Shown: positions 33,811 to 51,058, counted from the stretch's first letter. The stretch is DNA of 64,000 bases from the human T2T-CHM13v2.0 reference genome, Homo sapiens (GCF_009914755.1 NC_060926.1), one strand, 5' to 3'. Made by a program: numbers and translations. The notes: generated by a model not told the origin, from the letters alone.

Positions 33811-33899
33811 TTGAACATAATAAATCTGATTTTTTAGCATTTAATTTTTAGAAAAAATTGACCAGTCATGTATATTGCTCCTTTTAGTTTTTTGCCCCT

Positions 33900-34160
33900 T
33901 TCTTTTTCGTTTTTCTTTTTTAAAAGACAGAGTCTTGCTCTGTCGCCCAGGCTGGTGTGCAGTGGTGTGATCACGGCTCACCACAGCCTCAAACTCCTGG
34001 GATCAAGCGATCCTCCCGCCTCCTGAATAGCTAAGACTACTGGTGTGCACTGTCACACCCAGCAAATTTTTTTTGGGGGGGGTGGTAAATACGGGGGTCT
34101 CACATGTTGCCCAGGCTGTTCTTGAACTCCTGGCCTCAAGCGATCCTCCTGCCTCGGCCT
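33900..34160 (-). mobile_element. AluJ, partial
   Basis: Alu sequence lacking the 5' end. Confidence 0.85.
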
Positions 34161-34714
34161 ACTTTTACACCTTAAACTAGTGTACCACGTAAACATGCCA
34201 ATGGGGGAAAGACGACACAATCTACAGTGATGCTCCCTCTTCTAGCGACTCCGGGGGTGCAAACTGGGGCCTACGGAGTGGAGGAGCACAGGCCGCCCTG
34301 AGGGCCGACCAGGCTTGGTGCCAAGTGACCTCACGATGGCCTCCCCCGGGAAGCCTCACTCCTCCCTTGGTCCAGATCAGGAGTCCTTCTTTGCCTTTTT
34401 TCCACGGTGGGTAGCTACTCCTGGAGGGCACATTCATCACAGTAAAGTAAATGAAATTCCCATAGTTCTCCTCTCCCCTGCAGAGGAACGCACGTTGAGG
34501 GTAGGGCTCTGTTTCACTCTCCCTGGTAATCCCCAGCACTGCACCCAGCTCCACAGCGCTTCAGATCCACTTGTCAAAGTGAACAGAACTGGGGGCCAGG
34601 GGACAGCCTGTATGTGACAGACCCGCTTAAAGGACCTAGTGCTTGCAGAGAGAGGAACCGTCAGAGGAGGCGGCAGGAGCGAAGAGGGAGCCACAGGCAA
34701 ACTCCTAGTCTGCA

Positions 34715-35328
34715 TTTCTTTCTTTCTTTCTTTTTTTTTTTTTTTTTTTGAGACAGAATCTCGCTCTGTCGCCCAGGCTGGAGTGCAGTGGCACAATCTC
34801 GTGCGGAGGCACAATCTCCGCCTCCAGGCTTCAAGTGATTCTCCTGCCTCAGCCTCTTGAGTAGCTGGGATTACAGGCACATGCCACCAGGCCCAGCTAA
34901 TTTTTGTATTTTTAGTAGAGACGGGGTTTCACCATGTTGTCCAGGCTGGTCTTGAACTCCTGAACTCAAGTATCAGCCCGCCTCAGCCTCCCAAAGTGCT
35001 GGGATTAAAGGCATGAGCCACCACGCCTGGCCTTTTGCTTTTGGGAGACAAGGTCTCACTCTGTTCCCTAGGCTGGAGTGCAGTGGCTGGGACACGACTC
35101 ACTGCAACCTTAACCTCCCTGGCTCAAGCGATCCTCTCACCTCAGCACCCCTGAGTAGCTGGGACTACAAGACACATGCCCCCATGCCCTGCTAATTTTT
35201 GTATTCTTTGTAGAAATGGGGTTTCACTATGTTGTCCAGGCTGGTCTTGAACCTCTGGGCTCAAGTGATCCACCCGCCTCAGCCCCTCAAAGTTCTGGAA
35301 TTACAGGCATGACCCAACACACCCAGCC
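34715..35328 (-). mobile_element. Tandem AluS (34715-35032) and AluJ (35035-35328)
   Basis: Two consecutive Alu dimers. Confidence 0.92.
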
Positions 35329-35519
35329 CTACTCTGAGTTTGTACTTGGGGTCCACCTTGTCCAGTAACTTAAGTTCCACCTCCTCAAAAAGATGCTTGC
35401 CTAATCATCTTCACTGTATGTTCCTTGCCTCATTCCACAAGCCTTTACTGAGAAGCCCCCTGAAATACAATCTCGCCCCAACAAAACTTCAGAATGATAA
35501 AAGAGAGGAGCCTCATCAA

Positions 35520-37180
<1,661 letters not shown>

Positions 37181-38699
37181 TCTAAATAGTTGATTGAATA
37201 ATCTCAACTACTTGGGGATAAAACATGATTTTTCTCCTAATGTAATTGCCCCCAACTAATCCAGACTGACCATCCTTTTTTTTTTTCTCAAATAGAGGGT
37301 TTCTTAATCACATCTTTGCCACCTTCCATAGCTTTCTAGCCACCTTTGATTATTTCCGATTTAAGACTCAGTCCTTTGCATCCTGAAGCTTCAAGTCTCA
37401 TCAACTCCCTGTCTACCCATGCAGACTGGGTCTGTCTGTGACTCTAGCTTAGGCTTGATCTCTTTACCCATCATCTTCTCCCCTCTGTAGAGCCAGCCCT
37501 CCAGTGTGTGCTGGTGCAGGAAGAGAGAGAGGCAAAGGGCAAGTGTCTCCTCTCAGCACAGCAAGTTTGCATGGATCCATCCTGCACGCCCTCAGGAGCT
37601 GAGAACTCAAGGCAGCAGTTCTGGGCCCTCTCTGCCAGGCAGTATATCCCTTCCCCACTATCTCCCTCCCATCCTCTTCTCCACAGCCCTAGGGCAGATT
37701 GACAAGCCCGAAGGCCAAGCAAACAACCATCTGGGAGCACAACTCTCCTTACAAACACCTCTAGTTTTCCTTATGATTCTCTTAGGTCCCCACCCCATTC
37801 CTTGGCTTCAAGAAAGAGAGTGAATAACCCCTCTCCCCAAGACCAGTCCACCTCACCCTCTCCTTTGTCAACCCTCAGAGCTTGAATGGGGAATCATGGA
37901 ACCAGTTCGGACTCCCCCTATAAGGCAAGGGGAGCTTGGCAGGCTCCAGCTTTTGGGGGCTTACTGGTGTCTCTCGGAATGGAGAGACCTTTCGTTCTCA
38001 CCTTTAGACCCTCTTTCAAGCTAGTGGTGTCAGAGGAGGGAGAGATCACTTTCAACTTTCAGCGACAGGGAATCAGAGAAAACCTTTTTGGAGAGGGAAC
38101 ATTTGAACTGGGCCTCAAAGGCTAGGTCAGATTTGGCAAAGTGAAGATGAATGGTCAGGTGAGAGAGAGGGAAGGCAGAGGCGAAGGCTCAGACACAAGG
38201 AGTTTCGTGGCACGCAGGCGTACCAGTTAGCTACGACAGACATGCGTGCAGGAGAGTGGAGAAAGGAAGTGAAAGCATGCCCAGTGTTTCACGTTGCCTT
38301 TGGCTTGGTCTGAGCTGTCTGTCCCGTGATGCTTTGAGGAGGGTGTAGGCAGCTGTGCAGCCATTCTCAGGACCTGTATTTGCATTTGCACAGGCCAGTG
38401 AAGCTGAGAGTACTGAAGTTCACTGATGCTGGCCAGGAGCTGTTTGGAATGACTGCCAATCTTGAAAGTAGAGTCCGTGTATCTCAAGACATAAAATTAG
38501 CAAAATTCTTCTGCAGCCAATCCCATTTTCTTGCAGTCTTCATGCAGAAGCACCAGCTTCTCTGAGCATTTGAATCACTCCACACAGCTCCTTCTATCCT
38601 GAATGACACTGCCCAAAATACACTGAAGGCCTGTCCAGCACCCTGAAAATTCCACGGCTACACAACATGAGGAAGCCGAGTCAGGGGAACAGGGGGCTT

Positions 38700-39155
38700 C
38701 AGGTTAGCTGTGGCCACTCACGTGCTCTGTGATTTTGGACAAGTCAGTCTCTGAACCTCAAATTCATCAGAAATGCAGGGGTGATACTAGCTGCCCTAGC
38801 ATAGGATTAAATGAGGGAGGTAATGTGCATGAATACGTTGAAAAGTGTCAGCCGGGCGTGGTGACTCATGCCTGTAATCCCAGCACTTTAGAAGGCTGAG
38901 GCCAGTGGATCGCTTAAGACCAAGAATTAGAGACCAGCCTGGCCAACATGGTGAAACCCCATCTCTACTAAAAGCACAAAAATTAACCAGGCATGGTGCT
39001 GCGTGCCTGTAGTCCCAGCTACTTGGGAGGTCGAGGCTTGAGGATTGTTTGAGCCCAGGAGGTGGAGGTTGTAGTGAGCCAAGATCACAACACTGCACTC
39101 CTGCACTCCTGGGTGACAGAGTGAGACTCTGTCTCAACAACAACAGCAACAACAA
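38700..39155 (+). mobile_element. MIR remnant with an Alu (38850-39155) carrying a (CAA)n tail
   Basis: MIR core, Alu dimer, TSD-like aaagtgtca/aaagtagtgaca. Confidence 0.85.
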
Positions 39156-39361
39156 TAAAGTAGTGACATTGATGTGTATCTTACATGATGAATGCAGTTT
39201 CCACTCCTCTCAAGACCCCAGAGTATAGTGCATAGGGAAGCAGAAAGCATTTGTGTTCCCAGGGGGGAGGCTGGCTGTGCAGGGAGGACATGATCAATAA
39301 CACTGCCAGCTTAAAATAAGCATCAGTGTCACCAAAACGCTGCTTCCAAACCAACCCCTGA

Positions 39362-39718
<357 letters not shown>

Positions 39719-40700
39719 TGATTTCTATGGCACCTATCACCATGGTATGCAGGTACTCACATCAAATCTGTTTTTAAGTTCAAAACAGAGCCATATGTGG
39801 GAAGACGCATTTCTCTTCTGAAGCCTTATCTCTGAAGCTGAGCTTGGAGTGAAGTGACAGGCGGAACCGACTCCTTGGAGGATGGAATCTTGAGGTTTTA
39901 TGTGGGAGCAGAAGAGAAGCAAGCACCAAATATCTATCAAATGCCCACAGAGGGAAACACTGTAGTAGCTGCCTAGAGATTCAGTCCTGCTCAAGTTTCC
40001 CTGCTCAGATCTCAGGCGCAATTTTGAGAAATGTTCTTCTTCCTCAGTGGATGACCTCACCCTTTATGGGGAGGCGTGCCCATACGCACAATAACACAGT
40101 ACTCATAAAGTCCAAGAGAGGCCGGTCCAGGCCTTGGCCAGGGAAGCATCCATGGACTTGGGCGTTCGTTGCAGAATGTTCAGACAGGTCTGGATGAGGG
40201 GTGAGGCCCTGCCTTGGAGGGGCTGCCCTCCCTCTGTGGCACGGAAGCCCTGCTGCCTGTGACAGGAGGCGACTGCACCTCACCCGCGGCCTGTATGCTG
40301 CAGGACCCAGCGAAGAGCTTCCTTAGCTTGCAGCTGTGCAGACACTAGGAAAGGGAGCACCTACCAGGGAGATTTGCCTTCTTGGTCCGGTAGCAAATGC
40401 AGTCCCGCCGGCCCACCTGGTACAGGTAGGACGTTCCGCAGGCCTTCCAGATCTCCTTGGCAGGTTTATGGGCGAGAGAAAGCGGTTCCCAGCCTCCTGC
40501 CCTGATGCGGCTGCACCTTCTGGACCACCGTGAACACTCTGCCCCCTGCCAGGCCCCCAAAATACTCTTCTGTCTCTACAGTTGTGCCACCTTTCCCCAG
40601 CACCAGGGAGCAGCTCGGCAGGACCAGGCTCTGGGGGTCAGCACATGCGTTCTTCACAAGCGTAAGAGGGCTGTCGTGAGGGAAAAAAAAATGGCATTAT

Positions 40701-40710
40701 ATGACGTCAT
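40701..40710. promoter_or_regulatory. Full palindromic CRE (CREB/ATF site)
   Basis: ATGACGTCAT, ~150 bp from the CpG island, CpG intact. Confidence 0.45.
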
Positions 40711-40859
40711 TCCAGCTTTCATACCCTTTCTGGAAATAAGTGATGATATAAAGAAATAGACATAGATTATGTACACACATACATGAAGGGTAAGTACTTG
40801 GAAATGTTAAAGAGTTCGTTTTAAAAGTCCTTAGGCAGCACCCCTTTCTCAAGTTAATT

Positions 40860-41460
40860 CCCACTTGATCAAAGGTGGAGCTGCGGGCTCCGAGGAGGCG
40901 CGGTCAGGGTGGCAGGCCTGGGCTGCGCGGACCGCGAGCGAGCCTCCTGGGTCTCCCTCCTTAGCGGAGAAGATCCTCCAGGCTAAGGTCCAAGGCCCAT
41001 CTCCCTTGGGGTTGTGGCCGCCCACCTCCTCCCCGCCACCCTGGGCTTTGGCTTTGTCCTCAACCACGCCCCGGGAGTGCGCGGAGCGGTCGCAGTTCTG
41101 TTAGCCAGGGTTGCGTTCCCACCGCGAAGGCCCGGGCGCGCGCTGCTGTGGATCGAGTCTGGGGCTCCGGCCACCAGGTGGCGCCACACGGCTACCTGCG
41201 CGCCGCTCTGAGGCGGTCGGATCGCCGCGGTGCAAAGGACCCAAGACCGGGGGTAACCGGTCACCCGAGCCGACCCACCGCCCGCACTGCCGAGGCTCAG
41301 GCGCCCCAGTTCGGTGCCAAGAGGCACGCCCCGGGGCCAACCTGGACAGGTAGCTTCAGCAAAATTGCCGGACAGTTAAAAAAAAAAAAGTTTCCACCCC
41401 ACCCCCCACTCCCAAATCAATTCAAAAATAAAAATTAAACTGTGGGCTGGGCGCGTCTGA
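40860..41460. promoter_or_regulatory. CpG island, putative promoter/enhancer of an unidentified transcript
   Basis: Sharp rise in GC and CpG density in non-repeat sequence, with a weaker CpG shoulder from ~40070. Confidence 0.75.
41171..41185 (+). promoter_or_regulatory. CTCF-binding motif
   Basis: CCACCAGGTGGCGCC, a near-perfect match to the CTCF core CCACYAGRKGGCRS. Confidence 0.7.
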
Positions 41461-41661
41461 AACCCCGTCTCTACAAAAAATACAAAAATTAGCCGGGCTT
41501 GGTGGCGTGCACCTGTAATCCCAGCTACTCAAGAGGCCGAGGCAGGAGAATCGCTTGAACCTGGGAGCGGAGGTTGCAGTGAGCCGAGATCACACCGCTC
41601 CACTCCGGCCTGGGCAACAGAGCAAGACTCCGTCTCAAAAAAAAAAAAAAAAAAAAAAAAA
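41445..41661 (+). mobile_element. AluS with most of the left arm deleted
   Basis: ggctgggcgcg joined to tgaaaccccgtctctac; TSD ttaaactgtgg. Confidence 0.88.
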
Positions 41662-41719
41662 GTTAAACTGTGGTGGGGAAAGTTGTTGGCGACAATACAG
41701 ACCCGCATGGATACAGGCA

Positions 41720-42060
41720 GCGGGGAGCATGAGTTCTGGAGCCAAAATTGCTGAGTTCAAATCCTGTTTAATGACCTTGGGTGCGTTATTTAACCCCGTA
41801 TATAACCCCATTACCTCATCTGCACATGCAAATAATTTACTTAGAACTCACGTCATGAATTGTTGACAGGAATTAAATGAGTTGATACACCATATATATT
41901 TATACGTGTGTGTTTTACATATTTAATGTAAGTGCATATAAATGTATGTATGCATATAATCATATGCATGTATAATATACAAAATTATGTACATATATAA
42001 CATATATGCCTAGTACATAGTAAGCACCAGTGTTAGCTATATTTTATGCATTTATATATT
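41720..42060 (+). mobile_element. MIR interrupted by a degenerate (TA/CA)-rich tract
   Basis: gagttcaaatcc...tgaccttggg; AT-rich 41890-42010; gcctagtacatagtaagcac. Confidence 0.6.
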
Positions 42061-42139
42061 TATTCGTTATGCAAGTTCTATGAATTATTAATTTTTAAAA
42101 ACATTTTCACTCAAAAGAAAGACACTATTGGGGTTTAAC

Positions 42140-42705
<566 letters not shown>

Positions 42706-43521
42706 TGTTAACTTTTTATATGGAAATTTTCAAACATTTACAAAAGTTGAGAAAACAGTATAATAAACCCACATGGGCACATCACGCAGTTTCAATAATT
42801 AACACATTGTCAATTCCGTTTTATCTATACCCCAGGACCCCTCTTCCACTCAGCTAGGCTATGTTAAAGCAAATCTGAGATTACCTATAATTTCATTTGT
42901 AAATACTTGACGATTATGAAGTATTTTTTAAAGCTCAATGTTTGATACTTCCTTCATGCACAATGTTATATTCTTCAGTCCATAGATTTCCCATGACACT
43001 GGAAATCTTTTCCAAACCAGCATTTGACACAGAAGTTGGAACTGTATATTGAATCAGTTATGAAAAATTTGGAGCAGTGATTTATTTGCCTGAAAAGCAT
43101 TTCCCCTTCTGAAGAAATATGTTCTCCCTGAGGAAGGGAACATTACGCTCAGCCACTGGTTCTCTTCTAGTGAGAATCTACGGGGTGTTCTTTTATCTGC
43201 AGTGACACATCCCAGGTTGAATGATCACTCCAGGGAAGGAGATTCTTGTAATTAGTCAGATTCCTGCACTCAGAGGAGGATCTATCCATTTTAAGAAGGA
43301 AATCACTTCTCCAGACACTTGAAGGCTCTAGGATATATGGCCAATACTGCAGGTGAACCACTGTCTACTCAAAGTGTCTTTACACCAGTGCCAAGTCCCA
43401 TGCATACTAAAAATTTAAGCACATTTATTTCCTCAAGGAATGTTGTTAACATGTTAAATTATTTACTTAAGATACTAATACACACACATCCCTGCCTAAT
43501 AATACATTAAGAGGCCTTTGA

Positions 43522-43870
<349 letters not shown>

Positions 43871-44568
43871 TTCCATGTTTTTACTGTTGCCTTCCCCCTT
43901 CTTGATGTTGCTGGTGTTAAGGTTTCCACATTTGATGTACCCCATCTCCATACCTCCCCATGGTCCTGTGTAAACCCCAAGTCTTCTAAAAAAGCCCCGT
44001 CTTTCCCTTCACTGAATTTCTGCCTCTACCACACAATTAGCACTAATGTACGTGGACATGCCCCCTAGAGGCTGAGCTTGCGTGAAGGGACCCAGGCACT
44101 TCTGGAGAGATGGGACCAGCCTAGAGGAGCTGACATGCATGAGGAGCCCAAGCAGCTCCAATTTTGTAATCACCCATTAAAGTGTGACAGGTGAGGGGGA
44201 TGAAAGGCATTGCCCCTTCCTGAAGAACTAGGACACTGAGGGGACTTTGGGAGTCTAGGGAACATGATGCCATTTTGTACTCTGGCAGAGCCCCAAGCAC
44301 AAACCGCACCCCCTTCAGGGGGGTTACGTGCCTGAGTGTCATGGGAGGCCACTCCCTCCCAGGGCTTCTCCAGCAGCAGGTGAGCCAAGGAGGAAAAACA
44401 GGGTGGGCGAAAAGGCCTTGAAATTACTGGATGAGTTTTACAGGGAACCTGAGCATACCGCAGAGGAGACATAGGTTATAACCATAATGTGATCCAGCAT
44501 ACAACCACAGACTGGGGAGGCTGAGAAAACAAAGGTTATGCTTTTTTTATTTTACAAAAGCACTCTTA

Positions 44569-44742
<174 letters not shown>

Positions 44743-44749
44743 TCATAAC

Positions 44750-44890
44750 AATTTAAATAAACTTAATTATAGAAAGCTAATATATTATATATAATAAAAA
44801 TATATAAAAATATATCTCATATATAATATTGACACATATTTTATAATATATTATCATATATAATATATATATAATGTATATATTTTTTCT
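44750..44890. repeat. AT-rich low-complexity tract
   Basis: Degenerate (TA)n. Confidence 0.85.
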
Positions 44891-46919
44891 CCTCCCCTGT
44901 CCAATTATACTCTCTTAAAGTAACCAGTATTAGCATGCTGGTGTATATATCATTCCATATTTTTTCTACGCTTACACAAGCACTGAATCACCTGTTGAGG
45001 TCTCATTTATGCTTTTAACAAAAACATGGTCATATTTTTCATTATAATTTACCACTTGTTTATGTTTACTTAATATGTCTTCTACACCTTCCCAAGTCAA
45101 TACATATAAATGTGGTTCATTCTACTTGATGATTGATTGCATGGTATTCCATAGAACAGATGTACTAGAATGTATTCAATGAACCCATCACTAATCATGG
45201 GTTTTGGTTATAGCTCATCAGCTTTGTTAATTGTTTCATCTGGGCTAGTCCTGTTTTAATTGTAATCTCCTAAATAACAAAGGCCATACCGTAAACACAA
45301 ACTTACTTCTCAGAACTTCGTCGTTGCCTACATATGTCACACATTTAACATGACGTGAATATCCCTTTAATTTTGGAAATGCACATAATTTCTTCTCATT
45401 TGTTAAAAGGAAGACAGTTCTTAGGATGATAGGCTTATATTTGGCACGTTTACTGAGCAGGAGGAGATAATTTTTTAAATTTCATAATCCCATATGGTCT
45501 GATTTTTCTCCATATGTCAACCTCCTTCCCAACAGGTGCGTCATACTTTCCCACAGCACTACTCTTGTATCTCTACAGAAATCATATAAACTCTACCCCC
45601 ATACCATAAAATGATTTAAGTTTCAGAGTGAGACTGCCTAATACAACACACTCATTTTAAAGATGAACAAAGCTAAGCATTCATAACTTAGCTACCTAGC
45701 AGAGGAGCCAAGGCTGGAACCTATCCAGGGCTGTCTCCACTACAGGACACAGCCGCACCAGGGCTGGGGAATGGCTGGGGCGCAGCACATAGGCGACAGT
45801 ATTTTTGTTTGTATAAATTATAAAGTAGGTCGTTAATTTTTCTCAAAGACTTAACAGGTAGCTGATGGGTGCCACTTGCTAACCACCTGTTTGAAGAAGG
45901 AACTCTTGCTGCTGGACCTCAGGTCTACAGCTTGTTTTTCCCCAGAGGCTGCTCTTTATCCAGCTTGTGGTTTTCTCTGCATCCAGCAGCCAACAGAGTT
46001 GTGAATGCCCCTCTTTACTTGCATTCCCACACCATCCCTGGCATGCCAGTGTGCCCTGGCTTGGAGTTGAGGCTGCTGACTATCTAGTTATATAAAGGGA
46101 AAATCCTTCAGGCATAGCCAGAGGAAGCCTGTCAAGGGTGGACACAGATTTGTGGGGCCTAAACTTACAAAGTTTTTGAGACCATCTTTAATGGAAAACA
46201 ATAGAAAAATGTCTTATTTTTGCCATTTATAAAAGAAACATATGCACACATTGCTAGGTCCTCTGCCTGGTGTCTTAGAAAGGTCTAGTCCCTGACAACT
46301 GAAGGGTGCTGAAGCTTAATTTCCTTTATCTTCAGGGCACAACTTCCCCTGGGCCTTATATGGAGTCAGTAGGGACACACCTGGGGCACCCTTTGATCCT
46401 TCACATGTAGATGGACAGAGCTGCTCAGAACCCTCCACGAGGTTATGCACACAGTAGCCCAAAGTCCAAGAGTTCCGGGACAGTCCCTGTTTTCAAATAT
46501 TTAATTATGTATCAAACGATGCATCTTGACTTTTCAAAAAATATAAGTGACAAGGTTACAGAATAGAAGTACCAAAGAAAAACAAAAAAAAAGCAAGCAA
46601 AACAAAACAAAACAAAACCAACACCCCAAAATGCATACAAATCAGGATGGAATTACCAATTGTTCCCTGTGGATTTTTCCATTCCCATCTCAGAATGGAA
46701 AGAGCAAGCCCAGGACGGACAGTAATGGCACCCAGCAGCTGCAGAGTGCAAAAGTTCCCACCTGCTGAGAAAACAGCAGGAATCTTTAGAAGGAAATTCT
46801 CTTCCCTTATTAGGTAGCAGTAATTATGCTGCCAAGAAAAATCTTGCCTTCATAGACTTATGTTGCATAAGAAATAAAGTTTAGCTGGAATGGACAAGTT
46901 GAGTTCAAAAAACTACTGA

Positions 46920-47457
<538 letters not shown>

Positions 47458-47788
47458 TAGGTTTTTGTTTTGCTTTACGGGAGACATCCTGAATCTGAAA
47501 GGCAGAAGACACCTATCTGGCAGGTCCAGGGTTAGCACAATGTATTCACTGCCCGTTCAAGAATAGTAACAATGATCATAGTAACAGTCATAACTATTGT
47601 TTGTTGAGACTATGTGCTTTAAATGCATTATCTCACTTAATCCTCATACCAACTTTGTCAATATTCATATTTCACCTACAAGAAAATAGACTTAGTGATG
47701 TGAAGAGACAATGTCATACAGCACACAGTGCTAAAGTTGATAATCAGACCCAACTCTATCAAACTCTAAAGGCCATTTATTTAACCAC

Positions 47789-48254
47789 CGTGAAAGAAAA
47801 TAAAATCTCAGGACCCCGTTTCATGATGCCAAAAGGAAAACATTAAGCTGAAAGCTGAGTCATGGCCAGAAATTGCCTTTCTCTTTGTTCCTAAGCAGAC
47901 AGCTACAGATAAAAGGCCGGATGTCTCCACAGTCAGCTACTCTATGTTCACCTTATCAGTGATCAGTGCTGATTTACTGAGTGGGAGACGACTACATAAT
48001 TGTCTGTTCTCCTACTTGCTCCTTTTCTCTTGCAACATGTGGATTCAGTCATGTGACCACATCCTCCCTCTTTCTCTTCCAGCCTGCTTTTCCCCTTTAA
48101 ATACTGAAGGCTTCAAAGTGATCTTTGAAGAAAAGCCCCGACCACATGCTGTTTCTGTGGTATCTGTGTTCCTTTCTTCCGGCCATGTCCTTAACCTTGG
48201 CAAAATAAACTGCTAAGTTGATTGAGATCTGTCTCTGATACTTTTTGATTTATA
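47789..48254 (+). mobile_element. MER4-family (MER4C-like) ERV1 solo LTR inserted in a MIR
   Basis: (c)gtgaaagaaaataaaatctcaggacccc...ccttaaccttggcaaaataaac; 4-bp TSD CCAC (47785-47788 / 48255-48258); AP-1 TGAGTCA 47856-47862. Confidence 0.85.
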
Positions 48255-48271
48255 CCACTATACTTTCCAGT

Positions 48272-48624
<353 letters not shown>

Positions 48625-48754
48625 TAAGCAGTTACCTCAAGAAAAAAAAAAAAAAAGAAAAGGAAAATTCCGTGAAACAAATCCACAAGGATTAGCCAAT
48701 CCCTACTTAGTGATGATGCCTACAGAAAGTGCTGTTGGCCAGGCTCCATTCCCT

Positions 48755-48935
48755 CACCAGTCCCAGCAGCAGAATCACCTGAGTACTTACAAAAAAGGCA
48801 GATTCTTGGGCCCACCCCCAGATCTATTGAATCAGAATCTCTGAGAATAGAGCCTGGGAATCCTCATTTAACATGACCCACCATACCCCAACTCCCAAGC
48901 AATTCCCCTTCACACTGAAGTTTCAGAAGAGCTGC
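48755..48935. mobile_element. MER5-type fragment
   Basis: cagaatcacctg...gcagattcttgggcccacccccagatctattgaatcagaatctctg. Confidence 0.7.
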
Positions 48936-49919
48936 TTGAAGGATGAGCATTCCTCCCAGCTTGCCTGGAAGATAAGTTTATACCTGTTATCCTGGCATAT
49001 CAATAGTGCCTTGCTTTACCCCCATAAGTGTTCCAGTTTAGACAACCAACTTGCATGTATATATTTCTATATTTTTTGTACCAAAATAAACCATACTGTA
49101 CATGCTATTTTATAACCTGAAATTTTTATGCAATGATTTCTACTTTTCCATATAAACTTTTATCTTTTCTCATACCAGTCTATATTCAGATGTTCTCAGT
49201 CATCTTTAAAACATTCTCTACATCTGGTTTAATCAGTCTACGCATTGCGTTATAATAGTTTCTCTTCTAAACTAGTTAAGTTTCTCTATCTCTTCCTCCC
49301 CACCCCACATCCCCACTTCTCTCTCTCTCTCTCTCTCTTTATCTCACACTGACTTGTTAATAGACTAGGCCAGATGTATTATAGGCTGGGCCATGTTTTG
49401 GATTTTTCTGGACACTTCTTTATGGTGTTAGTTTGGTCCCTTGTTTTCTGTATTTCTTATCAACTGAAAATTAGATTAAAATTTTTATTCTTATCAAGTT
49501 TGAGCCAAGTTTGGCTATACATCACAAGTAATGTTGTTTATTTCATCTTATATCACATCAGGAACATGTACTATCTTGTTGACCCACAATTAGTGACACT
49601 GAGATCAACCACTGAATGGAGTGACTTTTTGATGCAATGACAGGACACAGTTACATTCTTTTCCTTGCAACTGGGTAAAAATCTGTATGGTATCACTTTG
49701 GCTCTATATAAATATTCAATTTCCCATCAACCTAACGCTTTCAACAATTTGATACTTGTTGCCTGAGTTCAGGGTGTTGCAAAATGTCAGTTCACTAGTT
49801 CTATCAATCTTCTACATGATTAGCAGACCTTCTTCAGTAGAAAAGAGATTTTTCTTCATTATCTGGGACCATTTAGTTACCATGAAAAGCAGTTCCTATT
49901 GGAAAGGCAAGTTAAATGT

Positions 49920-50198
49920 TTCTTTTTTGTTGTTGTTGTTGTTGTTGTTGAGAGATTCTCAGTCTGTCTCCATGGCTAGAGTGCAGTGGTGCAATCTCAG
50001 CTCACTGCAACCACAGCCTCTCGAGTAGCTGGGATTACAGGCATGCACCACCACACCCGGCTAATTTTTGTATGTTTAGTAGAGATGGGGTTTTGCCATT
50101 TTGGCCATGCTGGTCTTGAACTCCTGACCTCAAGTGATCCAACCACCTTGGCCTTCCAAAGTGCTGGGATTACAGGCATGAGCCACCGCACCCAGCCT
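49920..50198 (-). mobile_element. AluS with internal deletion and (TTG)n tail
   Basis: Alu sequence; aatgttt TSD. Confidence 0.88.
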
Positions 50199-50490
50199 GA
50201 ATGTTTATTTCTTACGCTTTGATTATTTTCAAATTAAGGAACTAGTTTAATAGCCACTTGGGCCCAATTTCTGTGGTCCATTTGCAATATCTCCATCAAG
50301 AGAGCGAGCACCTTCCAGAAAAGTCTAGTGGTTATAGGAGAACTAAACAATGCTAAAAACTTTGGCCACATTATGCACAGATACAACTGGCAACCAGAAA
50401 TACTCCACTGGAAATGGTAGCCCTGATGAGAAGTCATGGCCTAAGCTAACTAGTTTTTCACATCTGATTCTCTAGTCACATCATATACTG

Positions 50491-50526
<36 letters not shown>

Positions 50527-50714
50527 CAGGAAGTTCTTGAAGAGCGCTTCATTTATGATAGAACACACTCTGTTGCCTCTCAGAAAAGAGCTTTCATTAA
50601 GCACAAACAGAGCTGCTCTAGTAAATGGGCTCTCAACAAACAGGAGTACTGTACCAAGCAATAAGACAGTGATTCTTTGTGTTCCGAGTTTGACACGTGG
50701 TGTAGGACTTCTCT

Positions 50715-51030
50715 GCCTGGGCACTATGGCTCACGCCTGTAATCCCAGCACTTTGGGAGGCCGAGGTGGGCAGATCACTTCAGGTCAGGAGTTCGAGACT
50801 AGCCTGTCCAATATGGTGAAACCCCGTCTCTACTAAAAATGCAAAAATTAGTCAAAAGTTAGCCAGGTATGGAGGCAGGCACCCGTAAGCCCAGCTACTC
50901 GGGAGGCTGAGGCACAAGAATCCCTTGAGCCCAGGAGGCAGAGGTTGCAGTGAGCCGAGATTATGCTGTACTGCACTCCAGCCTGGGCAACAGAGCAAGA
51001 CTGTGTCTCAAAAATATAAAAATAAAAACA
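50715..51030 (+). mobile_element. AluS
   Basis: Alu dimer. Confidence 0.9.
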
Positions 51031-51058
51031 GTATTTCCAGAGGACATACACCACATAC

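Noticed and set aside
40849-41438. Several overlapping ORFs in the CpG island
   Set aside because: Expected from stop-codon scarcity in GC-rich DNA; no recognisable protein.
48710-48782. Box C (GTGATGA) ... box D (CTGA) at snoRNA-like spacing
   Set aside because: The 3' half lies in a MER5 fragment, the terminal stem is weak, and I recognise no rRNA guide.
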